Positions 49,385-63,470 are shown, counted from the first letter of the whole stretch. The stretch is 63,570 bases of DNA, filler included, from Asterionella formosa (GCA_002256025.1; 11 parts of 11 records of this genome joined end to end with filler, not necessarily neighbours in it); one strand, 5' to 3'. A program made the numbers and translations. Notes: generated by a model not told the origin, from the sequence alone.

Positions 49385-50872
49385 AAGATCAGTAATATAA
49401 AAATACTTGATGTTGAAATGTCGCGTGCATTTTCCTGAACTTGCTTTTCCATTTGCTTCTAGCTTCATTGTGCTAGTGTTGTCACGGTAAATGACATTTG
49501 TAGTCACCTTGTGTCCTTGTGCTTCAATAAATAATTTTGTCCACAACACCTTTGATATAATGTCATCGACACCAACCAATTCTGCTTCAGTTGAACTTCT
49601 AGTGTTCACTTTCTGTTTCGTAGACATAGAACAGATAATTCCGTTTCCAAGTGACATTGTAGCTCCTGTGTGACTTTTAAAATCTTTGTGCACTGCAAAC
49701 GCCGCATCAACGTACCATTTAATGCTCTGAGTGTCATCAGCACTCATAGATGCAACCTCATTCTGAGTTGCTTTCAAGAAATTCATGATCTTGACTAATT
49801 TTACCCAATCACCTTCATTCAGTTCAGTAGTTCGGGTTGCCAGAAATGCAATTCCTGGTTGAATGTCCTGTCTTCCTTGCTTACATAGGAACATTCCTTT
49901 CATAACAAAAGTATGAAATATTTTTACTTTTTCATATTCAAGCTTCTTTGATTTCGTATCAACTGTGAACAATTTATCTGTCCATGGGAATTTTCCAACA
50001 CCTTCAAGTTTCACTGGAAAATCATCATTCATTGATTTCACATATTTGGTCATGTCCACCCTCAACACTCCTGGAATAGAGTAATCTAGTGTCATCGCCA
50101 AATAATCATGCTTCTTTCCACGCATGACCTTGACTTCACCACTTTCGTCAGAAGCGTATTTCTGTTTGAGCCATTCCAAAAATTGATCATTCACTTTGCT
50201 GTCCACGTGACTTGATTTCAAATCGTCTACGTGCCAAGTAACTGTGTGCTGTTTGCCATTAACAATGCGATTTGCAACACATGGATCATATGGGTTTACC
50301 TTGAATCCAATTGATTCAATATCCTTCCGAAATTTCTTGTAATATAATAATGATGACTGTAACATGCCATATAATGCCTTGATCATCCTAACATATAGGA
50401 CCTTGTTGTTCTCTTCATAAACAACATATTTTTCATAAGTCTCGGGGCTGAGTTCTGTCAACATATTGACAAGCAAACCTCTAATCTTCATAATGATTCG
50501 TTCCCCTTTTTCTTTCTCATCGATATCCACTTGCACAAATGCATTGGGTATATCTGCAGTCATAACATCGCGATTTTGCTTCGCATCAATTGTTGCTGTT
50601 ATCATAACAGATTCAGTCATGGTAGTTGGACTAGCTGCTTCATCTCTTTCCATGTACTCACGTTGCGAACTGCCATTGGCACATGCTCTGCCTTTAATGC
50701 TCTTGTCTCTCTTTTCAACCAAAAAAATTAGACTTTCCATTGCACGTCGCTTTTCAATATCGGTTAGGTCTTCAATCCTAATCGGTTCAAACACAACTCT
50801 ATCATGTAGTTGTTTCATTTCCTTATAAGCAGCGTCTCTTCCTTTCTGGCCAAATTTCTTGAGGCCTTTCCT
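49385..50872 (-). mobile_element. CoDi-type Copia RT-RNase H fragment, same family as 38406-43117 but with an intact frame
   Basis: Open frame across the contig; nucleotide sequence nearly identical to 38881-40361. Confidence 0.95.
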
Positions 50873-50972
50873 NNNNNNNNNNNNNNNNNNNNNNNNNNNN
50901 NNNNNNNNNNNNNNNNTTAATTAATTAANNNNNNNNNNNNNNNNNNNNNNNNNNNNNNNNNNNNNNNNNNNN

Positions 50973-51315
50973 GCAGCAAGTCAAAGGTTGGGAGCAGCAG
51001 CTTGTGATAGGGTTGCACTGTCGGGTCCACCACCAACGATGTGGACGCGAAGCCATACCCATTCGGCTTTGTCGACTCTGGCGAGGGAAATGTCGGTTTT
51101 GAGCACGTATCGCGAACTGCAATGCCCACAACAAGGTGATTTTGTGGAGCTGGCAAGTACTTTTGCAACAGCAGGGGCGTCAAATATGGAATGATTCCAT
51201 CGCTGGTGTGCAGCAGCAAGCGAATGGACCGGCTGCGTTGACTGCGCTCTTGGTCCGTTGAATAGTAGGAGCAGCCATCGGTAGATTCATTCGGTTGGTC
51301 GAGAGGTCGCTTCAT
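50973..51315 (-). CDS. 5' fragment of a gene, possibly queuine tRNA-ribosyltransferase accessory-subunit-like
   Basis: LLLHTSDGIIPYLTP resembles the N-terminal LLYTxxGxVPHLTP motif of QTRT2-type proteins. Truncated by the contig end. Confidence 0.4.
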
Positions 51316-52819
51316 GGTGACGATAGTCCTACAAGTCCTGACATCACACTGAAAAGTTTGTAATAATGAAAACCTCCCCGTTTGTTGTTCTTTTGGCTAC
51401 TTCAAGTACCGGTAAGTAGTGCCTGGGACCAGGCATATGCTGTAGTGGTAAGCAATGGTTGAGGACGCAGGCATTGCTTTTTGTTGGTGTGGTGGCGGGT
51501 TTTGGGTGACACGAGGGATACCAAGCGTTCTTCATCCATCTGGCGCACCTCCCTATATGAACGAACGGCCGACCGGATGTTTATTAGCTAAAAAGATAAA
51601 TTGCTTCCGGTACCGGCACCAGAGGAATTGACAAAAGAGGTCCCCATGTATATACACAATGAATAAATACAGGGAACAAAATGGACTGTAAATAATATTT
51701 GTAAAAGATCATCATAGTTGGGCGTTGAGCAAACCCTGATTCCATTATTCACGTTGTTCTGGTACCAAATTGTTCTACAAATCAGCATTATGTTAATGGC
51801 GGTTTTCGATATGGTTGTTCCACAACAAACCTTTGTTATTTCTGCAAATCCAAACCACAAAGATTTAAGTGGTGGAGGAGCACGCAGTAGTGTGTGCCCA
51901 ATGGGATTTTAAGGGCAGTAGCTATTCTTCTTCCTCGTCGTGTGGCAGAATTCATCCATAGAATTTGTGACCACGAGAACTAGGGCAATACGTACGTGGT
52001 GGGTGTGTTCCCTTCTTTTTTCTGATTTCGCATTACAAGCAAGCAAGTGCTTAGAGTAAATGTAGCACGGTTTTGCTCAATTTATGTGTAAAAAGCAAGC
52101 ATAAAATTCGAAGTAACTGCAAACGCCAATATATGTAAAATTGCAAACATTAAAATACATTCAACAATACATCCTGTTCACTAGCCGACCCCGTTTCACC
52201 AGAAGGCAAATCAAAAACTCGGCAAGTGGAATATAGCAACGAACGAGTAAGTGATCACTTCGACGCTCATCACAAGAAGCCCCGAAAACCAGAGAGTGAG
52301 TGACGACGGGATAAAGTCTCTGTTACCCAACAGCACCCTCCTGGTCATTGATCGTTCACTGAGGCTTGTCTTTTAACTCCTGGACTCCTGAAACTTTTTT
52401 AAAAGGTATTTACAAAAAGGCAGATCTCCGCAAGACCCTCAACAAAGCGCCACTACCAGCNNNNNNNNNNNNNNNNNNNNNNNNNNNNNNNNNNNNNNNN
52501 NNNNTTAATTAATTAANNNNNNNNNNNNNNNNNNNNNNNNNNNNNNNNNNNNNNNNNNNNAGTCAGCACCAGGTACAAAACCTGGTACTGCTAAGCGTCA
52601 CTAAATTCCTGCCGGCAGCCGGTGTGCAAACCAGTAGTACCTGGTAGTAAAGTGCTGCTCCAGCAGTATGGTGCTGCCGTCATTGACAGGGCAGAACCGA
52701 TTTAGCGCTACTGTTGGTAATATACCAGCATTGCTCCTAGTAGCTACTACTAGTATACAAATGACCAGTATACTGACTATTCCATTATAATATTTATTGA
52801 ATCCAATCCAAGTTTTTTC

Positions 52820-53810
52820 ATGATGATGACCATTCGTCGTTGTCGTCGTCGTCGCCTTGTCCTTGTTCTTTTTCTTCCTCTTTTAGTTGATCCAAGCAGT
52901 GTAACATTCGCCCTGATAACTCCGAGTCCTCGTATTGTCGGTGGGACTGTGGCCAATGCCATCAGATTTCCTTATTACACTGCGCTCTTTCGAGTCATTA
53001 ACGATGGAGTCCGCAAATTTACTTGTGGAGGATCTCTGATTCGAAATAATGTGGTTATCACAGCGGGTAAGCTTCAAGTGCAGTGTACTATGTGCAGTAC
53101 TACTATACTCTATACATTCACATGACTACTCTTTACTTGTTGCCACAGCCCATTGCATCGTTGGCAGTATTGTTCAACAAGTGGTTGTTAATTTTACAAG
53201 ATTTGACGTATTACAGGCCAATGATGGATATGTTAACTTATCGAGCTTTGACAAACTAATTGTACAACAAAATGGGGGATACGTTAGGAATGTTTCCAAA
53301 GTTATTCGACACCCAGATCATGACAGTTATACAAAAGTAAATGACATTGCTCTTGTCTTTCTAGATTCTCCAGTATTTGGGATACCACTCATTAAGATCA
53401 ATGGAAATTATACTAAGATCCCATACGATCATCAATTATTAACTATGATTGGTGCTGGTCGGACTGAATTTGAGGGATCGTTACCTACACAACTTATGGA
53501 AGTACAATTACCAAATCGATCTCCATCGGTCTGTAACGCATCACACTATTTTGACTATTATGGAATCATCTTTGAGCCTACTGTAATGATTTGTGCTGGC
53601 GGTAGTAGTGGGTATGAAAACAAGTCTACTTGTAAAGGTGATTCTGGTACGTCTCTGTGTGTGTGCGGTTGCGTTGAACGTTTGAGTGAGAGTCTCGTCG
53701 AGATCCCATATAAAGTTCCTGGTACTTCCTGCAGTACCTGTATTATCACATATTCTCAATGATGTTTTTGAACTTTTCTCTCATCACTCCATTGATTTTA
53801 CAATGAATAC

Positions 53811-53848
<38 letters not shown>

Positions 53849-54048
53849 GGTATGATTGCAGGTGGACCACTTGTATTTTTGGGAAATTCATCCAATGACG
53901 ATGTCTTGGTTGGTCTTTCGTCATTTTCGATTGATTGCCGAGATCCTGTTTTTACCAGAGTTGGCGCATTTAAAGAATGGATTATGTGCGTCTTGGAGGG
54001 ATCATGTTTCCCGCCTCCCATTATATCCCTTCCTGGACCAAAAGAAAT
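52820..54048 (+). CDS. Secreted S1 (trypsin-family) serine protease, 3' truncated; introns 53067-53148 and 53647-53861
   Basis: Signal peptide, activation site R-IVGG, CGGSLI, TA|AHC, NDIALV and CKGDS|GGPL restored by two phase-1 GT-AG introns. Confidence 0.92.
53814..53844. repeat. (AT)n microsatellite in protease intron 2
   Basis: About 15 AT units. Confidence 0.9.
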
Positions 54049-55735
54049 NNNNNNNNNNNNNNNNNNNNNNNNNNNNNNNNNNNNNNNNNNNNTTAATTAA
54101 TTAANNNNNNNNNNNNNNNNNNNNNNNNNNNNNNNNNNNNNNNNNNNNTGCAAAAATCCGTAGGCGTATCGGATGTGAATGCAGATTGGTTGGCTAACCG
54201 ATGTATTTCCCGGTTATTTCAACAATAACCGCATTTAAGCAAAGAAGCAATGAGTGATTCTGAACTTTCAAATTACCTATGGATTGGATGTGATAAACAA
54301 ATTCCGGTTGAATGGAATGAACAAAGAAAGCACGTTTAGAATATATCAACTCTACATTTGAAGGTATTTGCATTAATAATATGCAAGAACGACAAAATAC
54401 ATTCAACAATCACTTTATATCGATTTTAAGTAAGTCAATTGCGATGTTTTGTTCTAAAATTAAAACATTTATTTCTTCTACTTCAATGTTCTAAGAATTT
54501 TCTTGTCTCAGTTGGTGTTTCAGAAGATTACCTCAACAAGCAAGAAGCTTGGTCTGTCGGAATTTGTTGATTGGGCATTCAAGTTGGAACTCCATCCAAC
54601 CAATGTGAGTGTTATTGTAGATGCTGATGACAATCCACAAATGGATTGTGGTAGTAGAGACACTTATAGTGGGAATTTTCACCAGTTGTATATTGAGTGT
54701 ACCTATGTGATTGTAGTGTACTGCAAGAGATCATCTTGTGGTTATAATCATTTCTTTGTTCATTACATATTTGGACTTAAGGAAGGGATATGTGAAATCC
54801 ACAATCCAGTAGAAGCAGCCACAGTCCAAGAGCATCTTGATCAAGTGTTTCACCTTGCCCATAAATATTCCATCATCCCTGGATGTAAGAGAGAGAAAGA
54901 AGTAACTTCATGGGATGCCTACCTTCCAAGAAGCCACAATAGGATATTTAGAGTGAGAGTTTGTATCATTCTACAAAAGCTCCATTGCAAGTTTTTATGG
55001 CAACTACTCATGACTCACTGGCTGGTACTGGATTGTCCTGTGGACCATTCACTGTTGTGAAAACTTTTAGAAAGTCTACTTCAATTGGAAATAAATGGTG
55101 AAACCAAATTTGTTGGATGTTGGGCTCAATATCGTCTTGAGAACTGCAATTGGAAGCAGTTGGACAGCATGTTGCATAATGTCATCAGATCATGTGGGAA
55201 ATCAATCAAAAGTACCTCATGTAAAGAAGATGGATTTTTTGGCCTAGGAACCATTTGGTCTAAAAAGTCATTGAAGGTTCTTCTTATGAGAATCTCCAGA
55301 TTCCCATCAAATATCAGCATCTGTTTTCATCTATGACATTCAGAAGGACTTATTATAATTGGTACTGATTCATTGCTCCTCTTTTGCTTTTTCGGTCATT
55401 CCAATCCATCTGGATTACAATGGTTGACAGCATCATCCACCATTGTAATTTCTTTCTTGTTCAGAAATTTTTATCAACAATGGATTTCTCTGTCTGCCTT
55501 CTAAAGCCTTGTCAATACACACTCTTGCTCCCATGATGGTGCTTTCAATGGTGAAGGGAGGGTATGAATAGCTTCCAATTTGGTTGTAACAAATAAGAAA
55601 TAGCAACTTTTCCGATTTTGGAAGGAATGCCTGTANNNNNNNNNNNNNNNNNNNNNNNNNNNNNNNNNNNNNNNNNNNNTTAATTAATTAANNNNNNNNN
55701 NNNNNNNNNNNNNNNNNNNNNNNNNNNNNNNNNNN

Positions 55736-55879
55736 TCTCGTGTAGACCTTGCATTTCCACCAGATGTCCCCACTGATGCTCAAGACTTGATCAGAAAAAT
55801 GCTGCAGAAGGACCCTCGCATGCGATTGTCGTTAAAAAAAATTCCTAGTCACCCTTGGGTCACTCGGCATACCAAGTAA
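55736..55879 (+). CDS. C-terminal end of a Ser/Thr protein kinase, Aurora-like (5' truncated; absent from the ORF track)
   Basis: Manual translation SRVDLAFPPDVPTDAQDLIRKMLQKDPRMRLSLKKIPSHPWVTRHTK* corresponds to kinase subdomains X-XI. Confidence 0.75.
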   Translation, partial: SRVDLAFPPDVPTDAQDLIRKMLQKDPRMRLSLKKIPSHPWVTRHTK

Positions 55880-56599
55880 ATGAATTACAGATTGGATATG
55901 AGGCCTTCGTCACTTGTGCATTAGATAGATTAGATTCAATTCTCTCAACTTTGGCGGACACTGCGACAGACTCATGATCACTACAGAGTGCAATAACTAT
56001 GTGATAGAATCAGATTGCATATAGGGTACCAGAAATATCATATGCTGTATTTGTTGAAGCTACTACATACCATAGAGATGGCAAAGACTTACTATGCAAT
56101 ATGCTGGACCCTTCAGACATCGATCGTTAAAAAGAAGTGGTAGGGTTGCCTAAATTCCCTGGAATTAAGAATTTTATTAGCTATTTTTGAATGACGTGAT
56201 TCCATTTGAAATATTTTAATAATCAGTGGAAATTTGCGGATACGTTCATTGATTAATAATGTAAACATTCTTCATCACCCTTTATATATATACCCTATAC
56301 TACATCAGCATAGCTTTATGTGTCATATGACCCGGCGGGTTGGTAAATATTTGAATGTGCTTTCTGGTGCTAGTATGCATATGATCAATGATGATCAGCT
56401 ACTTGCAGTGGATGCAGTACTGTACCGGCAAGCATCCCAAAAAATGATTCATGCATGTGCATTCCTCAGCAGTGTGGCTGGCGGAAGTTTGCAACACCCT
56501 GCAGATCAGGCCAATCAAATGGAGATAAGCAAGCAATTCACTTGACCAATCATATTATACATGTGGATGTGGGCACTTAAAATGGAATTTGTGGGACAG

Positions 56600-57222
56600 G
56601 AGATTTTGGGACTAAAATTTCTGGAGCACGACTAATTTTTGCGCATACTGGTCCAACTTTCTTCACAAAAAACAACAATTTTCCAACCATAGAACGATAT
56701 TCCTTAGGAGAGTCACTTTGTCTGGATTCTTCTGAGAACGATTCCTGGCAATGCTGGGTTCGATGCATCTCTTGGATACTTTCCAAAAAAATCATGATAA
56801 TCTTGGAGCATAACCTGCACAAAATCCTCCTTGCTCGACTCCAAGTAGCGTCCCATTTTATCTTGGCCCCAATTGTACCACACTCCCAAATGTTTCTTCA
56901 AAGGGCCAAGCTCCTTTATTGTGAAGTATATCTTGATTTCATTAATTAATCATTTAATACCGTTTGGCTTTCCAGCAATTGCACAATCATCAACATGTGT
57001 ACCAATTATCAGTATAATTGCATTGTTTTCCTTGATGAAGAATACACACGGATCGACCTTGCTTGACTGCAATCCAACTTTGGTTAAGTTTTGAACCATT
57101 TTCTTGAATGTCCACTTCAGCATAATCTATCTCTTCAATTGATTCTTTTTCCTTCTCATCAAGTTGTAAGTTGCGCCGAGCACTACGTTTGCCAGTGACT
57201 TCTTTCCAACCTTCTGGTAGTT
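56600..57222 (-). mobile_element. Degenerate Copia RT fragment (third family)
   Basis: SKVDPCVF, THVDDCAIAG, KKHLGVWY and YRSMVGKLLFF, with frameshifts. Confidence 0.75.
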
Positions 57223-57322
57223 NNNNNNNNNNNNNNNNNNNNNNNNNNNNNNNNNNNNNNNNNNNNTTAATTAATTAANNNNNNNNNNNNNNNNNNNNNN
57301 NNNNNNNNNNNNNNNNNNNNNN

Positions 57323-58801
57323 AAGGTTGAGATTTTCGAAATTCGACCTTGGGTTGGAGGCAAGGTCAGCTCGTGGTTGGATAAAGATGGCAACCATATT
57401 GAAATGGGATTGCACGTGTTCTTCGGCTGCTACTACAACCTCTTTGGGATCATGAAGCGAACGGGAGGATTTGACGACAACTTGAGAATTAAGGAGCACG
57501 TTCACACATTTGTCAACGAAGGCGGCAAGATTGGTGCTCTTGATTTCCGTTTCCCTATTGGTGCCCCGATCAGTGGCCTTCAGGCTTTTGCCAGAACTGA
57601 ACAGCTCGGTCTCGAAGACAAGTTCCACAACGCCGTTCGCCTTGGAACTTCTCCCATCGTCCGTGCTCTCGTTGACTTTGATGGAGGTATGGACATGGTT
57701 CGCAAGCTCGACGATATTACCTTTACCGAGTGGTTCACTCAGCTGGGTGGCAAACGTGGTGGTATTGATCGCATGTGGGACGCCATTGCATATGCTCTGG
57801 GATTCTTGGACTCTGACAGCATCAGTGCTAGATGCATGTTGACTATATTTATGCTATTTGCTATACGAACTGAGGCCAGTGTCTTGCGTATGTTGGAAGG
57901 AAGTCCTCAAACTGGGCTTCACGATCCCATTATCAACTATTTGGAAGCCCGCGGGGTCAAGATCCACCTCAGTACTCCGGTCCGTGACATTGTTCATGAT
58001 ATTGATGAAAAGACTGGACTTCCTACCCGTGTTCGTGGTATCAAAACAGGCGCAAACGATAAATATCGGGAATTCGATGCAATCATCGCTGCAACGGACG
58101 TTCCTGGTGCCAAGAAGGTGCTTCCAGAAAGCTTTCGTCGCTACGATCAGTTTGATAAGATTTACAATTTAGACTGTGTACCTATCGCTACTGTGCAGCT
58201 TCGTTTCGATGGTTGGGTTACTGAGATGGAAGATGCAGCTCGAATGATGGATGTTTCTGGTGACCAAAGCGATGGAAAGGCTGCCGGTATTGATAACCTC
58301 CTTTACAGTGTCGACACGGAGTTTTCATGTTTCGCTGATCTGGCGCTCACAAGTCCAGGGGACTACTACAAGCCGGGAGAAGGAAGTCTTATTCAGGCTG
58401 TCTTCGATGAACGTGCCTTCGGACGATCTAATGAACAACTCATCGAGGACTGCATCAAGCAGCTCCACAATATTTTCCCGTCGTCGCGCAAGTTGACCTG
58501 TACATGGTCCTCAGTAGTGAAGCTCGGCCAATCTTTGTACCGTGAAAAGCCAGGTCAGGACAAGTTCCGTCCTGCTCAAGCTACTCCTATTCCCAATTTT
58601 TTCCTTGCTGGCTCCTACACATATCAAGACTACCTTGACTCAATGGAAGGAGCGACTCGATCCGGGCTTATGGTCGCCGACGAGATTATTGCACGAGCTG
58701 ATGGCCCCAATGGGATCAAAGCTTTCGTCAAAGACTTCAGAGAAAGTGAAGAAGCGTCTGATGCACTTCCTTTCTTTGCCGATAAATCCGTCATTGTGTA
58801 G
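57323..58801 (+). CDS. ZDS: Zeta-carotene desaturase, 5' truncated
   Basis: [60 protein letters not shown] and [23 protein letters not shown]. Confidence 0.95.
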   Translation, partial: KVEIFEIRPWVGGKVSSWLDKDGNHIEMGLHVFFGCYYNLFGIMKRTGGFDDNLRIKEHVHTFVNEGGKIGALDFRFPIGAPISGLQAFARTEQLGLEDKFHNAVRLGTSPIVRALVDFDGGMDMVRKLDDITFTEWFTQLGGKRGGIDRMWDAIAYALGFLDSDSISARCMLTIFMLFAIRTEASVLRMLEGSPQTGLHDPIINYLEARGVKIHLSTPVRDIVHDIDEKTGLPTRVRGIKTGANDKYREFDAIIAATDVPGAKKVLPESFRRYDQFDKIYNLDCVPIATVQLRFDGWVTEMEDAARMMDVSGDQSDGKAAGIDNLLYSVDTEFSCFADLALTSPGDYYKPGEGSLIQAVFDERAFGRSNEQLIEDCIKQLHNIFPSSRKLTCTWSSVVKLGQSLYREKPGQDKFRPAQATPIPNFFLAGSYTYQDYLDSMEGATRSGLMVADEIIARADGPNGIKAFVKDFRESEEASDALPFFADKSVIV

Positions 58802-58909
58802 TTAGTAATNNNNNNNNNNNNNNNNNNNNNNNNNNNNNNNNNNNNNNNNNNNNTTAATTAATTAANNNNNNNNNNNNNNNNNNNNNNNNNNNNNNNNNNN
58901 NNNNNNNNN

Positions 58910-59929
58910 CCACCTTGATAGCATCCGGAAAACAGACATTTCGTCGACGTCCATCTCGTGGTTTGAAAGGATGATTTCAACCCGTTCCGGACATAAATGT
59001 TGAATTCCAGATTCTTCACCCAAAAGCGCTTTTTCAGGACACAATTCAATCGTTTGAAGCGCATACTCTGCAAACTCTTTAACATTTGCACCTGTGGCCT
59101 TGTTGAAAATAGCACAAGCAAATGCAGGATATCGATTCATTAATGTTCGTGCCATTTGATACACTTCATCGTACAAGACTTGAAAGTGGTAACCATGGGC
59201 CAACTCAGCCAATTCGACCAAACCGCGAGCAGCATCAGCAGTCAATTTCGAAAGAGGCGACTTGGTAAGCTCGCCAGTAAAGCAATATTCAACTAGTGCC
59301 AATATAGTGTCTTGACTGTATTCGCCGATTGCAATGAATGTTGCAGGCGGGTCATCTTTGTAAAGCAGTTCTTCCAGGGCTTCATTCCGACAGGCCAATA
59401 CGTACCGTGAAGTCTTGACCTCAACACCATCCTTCCCGCGCAATGTCACATCTAGCATGCGGTTCTTTGTCATTGCAATCATGAGAGCTTCCACAACAGG
59501 ATGCACTTTGGCTACAAAGCTTCTTTCGATTCGTCGTTTTGTTTTAGTTGAAGCATTTGCCTCCGAAAATGGCCCGCTGTTAAAGAGCTTGTAAGTGGAA
59601 TTGGGCGTCTCGGCTGGAGGACGCGGCGGTGGTTTCGCAGAGAAATAATTAGTAAGTCCCCGATGTGCCACTGAATTGCCTACTAGCCTCCGTTCTTCCT
59701 CCATCAGATTCGAACAGGATCGTCGACGTGAAAAAATAGAATGCTTCTTATCGCTTTGTTGTCCTCCCGAACTCATCGATGTAACGTCAGGACCATTCCT
59801 ATTGCTAGACTTGACAGGGAGGACTGAAGTGCAATCATGTGATCTCGTTTTCTTCGTTTTGTCACGCTTCTCCATTCTTGTTTTTGTGGGTGATGAAGCG
59901 GCATCATGTTTCTTCACGGATCCCCGCAT
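58910..59929 (-). CDS. BTB/POZ (plus BACK-like) domain protein, 3' truncated
   Basis: DVTLRGKDGVEVKTSRYVLACRNEALEELL..LVEYCFTG..LAELAHGY, later DVDEMSVFRMLSRW; disordered basic N-terminus. Confidence 0.85.
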
Positions 59930-60496
59930 GGTACTGGTCCTATGCGAGGCTATATGAGTTGATAATGATGTACCGTGAAAGAACAACTTTCGTCCTCTGT
60001 TAAGAGCAGTTTCAGTTGAGTAATAGTCGACTGAATGAGCTACAATTGGGATATTTGAGCTTCACAACCTAACTGCTTGACGATGCTAGAGTGTCTTACT
60101 CTTATCAGCATCTCTATTGAAGAAGGAGTGCCACTAAACCCTACTAAAGGACTTGGTCCAGCAGTACCAGGTATCTAGTACCAGGTACTAGGGCACCAGT
60201 ATAATGAACCAATCAATTCCAGGCGACACGTACTACCTGGTACCACAAAGCGGGGGATCAGCCTCTTCTCATTCTCACAGGTGACGTACAATCGATGATA
60301 TCGATCAACCGATGACGATATGCATATGACTCGGGCAGCTGGTGCTGAAGCCAATTCCAGCTCTACATGGCTATCGCCTTGACATTCGGGTAGGCTNNNN
60401 NNNNNNNNNNNNNNNNNNNNNNNNNNNNNNNNNNNNNNNNTTAATTAATTAANNNNNNNNNNNNNNNNNNNNNNNNNNNNNNNNNNNNNNNNNNNN

Positions 60497-61839
60497 GTGT
60501 ATCGAAACTGGATCCCAGCTGTTGGATACCTTGAACGATCAATCAATGAATTAAGCAAGACATGAAGGGAGGCTGTATCAGTCATGACTCCATCAATTCC
60601 CATAATAGTTCGTTGGCACTTCGAGACTTGGACTTCGGATGCAGGGAAAGAGCGATATGGCGTCACAGGCATTACACAAGCAAAGCACGATTCATCTAGT
60701 ATACTGGACCATAGCTCCCGTTGCTTTTCATAAGTCGACCTCAAAGCAAAGAAAGACATAAGTACTTCGGTTCGTGTGTTGTGCATCTCCACTAATAAGT
60801 TCGCTGCCCCAGCACGTTCTGAGACCAAGGTATCTCGTTCACGGCATAGTTCATCTACAGTGGTCTTGAGCTTCTCAAGGTAGGCCTTCTTCCTCAATCG
60901 AGTATTTCGAGCGTGCTCACGATTCCGATCTCTGTTCGCCTTCGCTTTTTCTGCTGTAGTCATGTTAGAAGTATCAATCTCGGATTCCATGTAATCTTCA
61001 CTTGCGCTCAGTGGAGGCATAGGAGCTAATTGAAGTGTTACTTTTGTTGGTTTAGACTCGATTGAAGTAGCGTCGGACACAGTGCCACGACCCCTTGATT
61101 CACCATCGGTGTCACTACTAGAAACCACATTTGATTGTGTTTGCTCGGGCGTTTTGCGTTTAAGCCTCGATAGCTTTGAAGTATTGTCAGTTGCTTGTTG
61201 TGGATTAATCTGAACTGGCTGTGACTGAGGAACTGTTGTTGAAGTTGATGGCTGCTGCTGCGGCTGGACCGAGAATTGCAGTGTTTGGGCAGCTTGCATT
61301 TGCCTCAAAAAAGCATGTGGGTCCGATGTTGCCATAAAAGGTTGCAAATTAGCGGCTTGGGAAGACGTTTGCATGACCGGAATAGTCTGGATTTGCTGGT
61401 CAGTATACATGGGTTGTTGATACATAGTAGCATAATGCTGATGCATCATTTGAAATTGTTGACCAGAAGGCTCTTTTGATGCTACTTGGATAACTCGCTG
61501 TGGCTGCTGCTGCTGCTGTATCAGGTGTTGATGCTGCTGGGATTGCATTTGTTGCTGCTGTTGTTGAGGCATTTGGGTGACCATTGTATATCCTGCAAAA
61601 GGATTAACCTGCTGTATTTGCTGCTGCCCAGGAAGCTGCGTCATGCCCATCACGGAAATTTGTTGAGGGAACATTGGGGCTCCTGTCAAAGTCTGGCGTT
61701 GCTCGACCATGGTTGATGGAGCAGGTGTAACCACCACATCGTCGTCATCATCCCATGAAAGTATCGAACCCAAGGCGCCGATGTCGTCATCATTCTCCTG
61801 TTGTAGAATATCAATGAAGGCAATTGGTAAGGCGTCCAT
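60497..61839 (-). CDS. bZIP transcription factor with Gln-rich N-terminus, 3' truncated
   Basis: ANRDRNREHARNTRLRKKAYLEKLKTTVDELCRERDTL basic region and zipper; polyQ tracts; downstream conserved-looking domain (VMPVTPYRSFP). Confidence 0.9.
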
Positions 61840-62221
61840 TTATTGGTGAGATGAATGAATGTGTGATTAACATTTAGTGATGTCAATCACAACGAACTCG
61901 AATGGAAGAAAGCGACGATGAAAAAAGTACGAAATAGGAACGTGCTATGGCTGATGTGAAAAATACGATGTAAATCAATCAATNNNNNNNNNNNNNNNNN
62001 NNNNNNNNNNNNNNNNNNNNNNNNNNNTTAATTAATTAANNNNNNNNNNNNNNNNNNNNNNNNNNNNNNNNNNNNNNNNNNNNGTTAAAACTTCACATGA
62101 AACCGTTAAAAGTAATCTTTTTTACGTGAAGAGTGGCATTAATGCATGTGAAGTACCACATAATTAACACTCATACGTAGACGAAATTTCGAAAAGTGGC
62201 GTATTTCGCGGCTTAGATGCA

Positions 62222-63470
62222 GCATACATGACTGTTGAGACCTGGATAACAGTAATTCCTTGCCTTGAAGCAACCCGACTGGTGGGTTCTAGTTCGCACT
62301 CTTGATGGCTTTGGTAGTCATGTTAATGTTACTATAGCACTAAAAATATTTCATTAACATAAAACATTTCTGGTCAAGATAGAGGAGGGTGACACAGGTG
62401 CAGTCAATCAACCCTATAACCAATCTGTTGCTTGAGCTGACAAGGAAAACAAAGGTGGCTTGCTTGACCAAATCCGGTTCAAGCTTAGAATCATAGACCA
62501 GTGGGATCTTATATGGATTTGCTTTAATGCATTGAAGAACAAAGATGCATGGATCTCCTCCTTCAAAAGGGTCAACCTTCACCCAGACTACAGGGTAGAT
62601 TTCGTTGATTGGCTTGACAGAATTGATGAATCTCTTCAATGTTCACTTTTTAAATGAACTTGGTAGTGCGCAAAGCACAACAAGGAGCCTTTTGATGCTA
62701 TGCCTGTACTGTGGAACAATCTCATCTGCAAAGATCAACATGTACTGGTAAATACAATTGACCAATTTCCAGTCAATGTTGACCCTGGATCTCCAAGAAT
62801 ATGAAACAAGGCAAATGTCCGTTCCCTTCTTAAATATGGATCACTGAAGGATGTGCCCAGATGCGTGCTTCCTATATGCAGCGAAACATGAACCCAGTGT
62901 CTTTATCGCTGACAAACGACAAACAGGCACTCCTGGAGAACCAACGCTAGCAACAGAATCACGGTGAGCTGCAACCAACATAATCTGCTTAGATTCATTT
63001 GAATGCGCTTCTTGGAAGCCCGAAAGATGGTGAAAAATGCACACTGAAGACCGAAAACTGAAAAGTACTGCAGAAAATTTGGTTCGATCACATGACAAAT
63101 TTTGTCAGCCGGCAACACTGGAATAAGCTAGAAAGGAATCTGGAGCCATCAGCATTCCTTGATGTATCTATTAGTGGCGACTAACTTTTACTGCTACAAC
63201 CATGGTTCTGTAATTTCCGATGCAATTGGTGTTGGAGCAAAGAAGAAGATTGCAAAGTGGAGAATCAATATGTTGGAGGGCAATGTGGCCAGCTACTCTT
63301 GGGTATTTAAGTCAGCAATCCAAATGGAAAATGATGTATGAAGTCATGTCTATTGTTGGCGAGATTCATGGAGAAAATGATAGGGTAAAGGAAGAGGGTA
63401 ATTGCAAAGAAAGTTGAGACACAGGATGAGGAGAGAAGAAAGAAGGTGGCAGCTGTAGTATCATTGGAGC
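62222..63470 (+). mobile_element. Degenerate DDE_1 (pogo/Tigger-like) transposase relic
   Basis: TLDGFGSHVN, EEGDTGAVNQPYNQ and AWISSFKRVNLHP, with many stops and frameshifts. Confidence 0.65.

Noticed and set aside
54149..55635. Broken ORFs 54503-55336
   Set aside because: Frameshifted, with no family I can support; probably a repeat relic.
24594..62083. Regularly spaced TTAATTAATTAA elements with a ~1587-bp period, and apparent clustering of ZDS, protease, BTB and bZIP genes
   Set aside because: These are artificial linkers joining similar-length contigs. Adjacency across them has no biological meaning.
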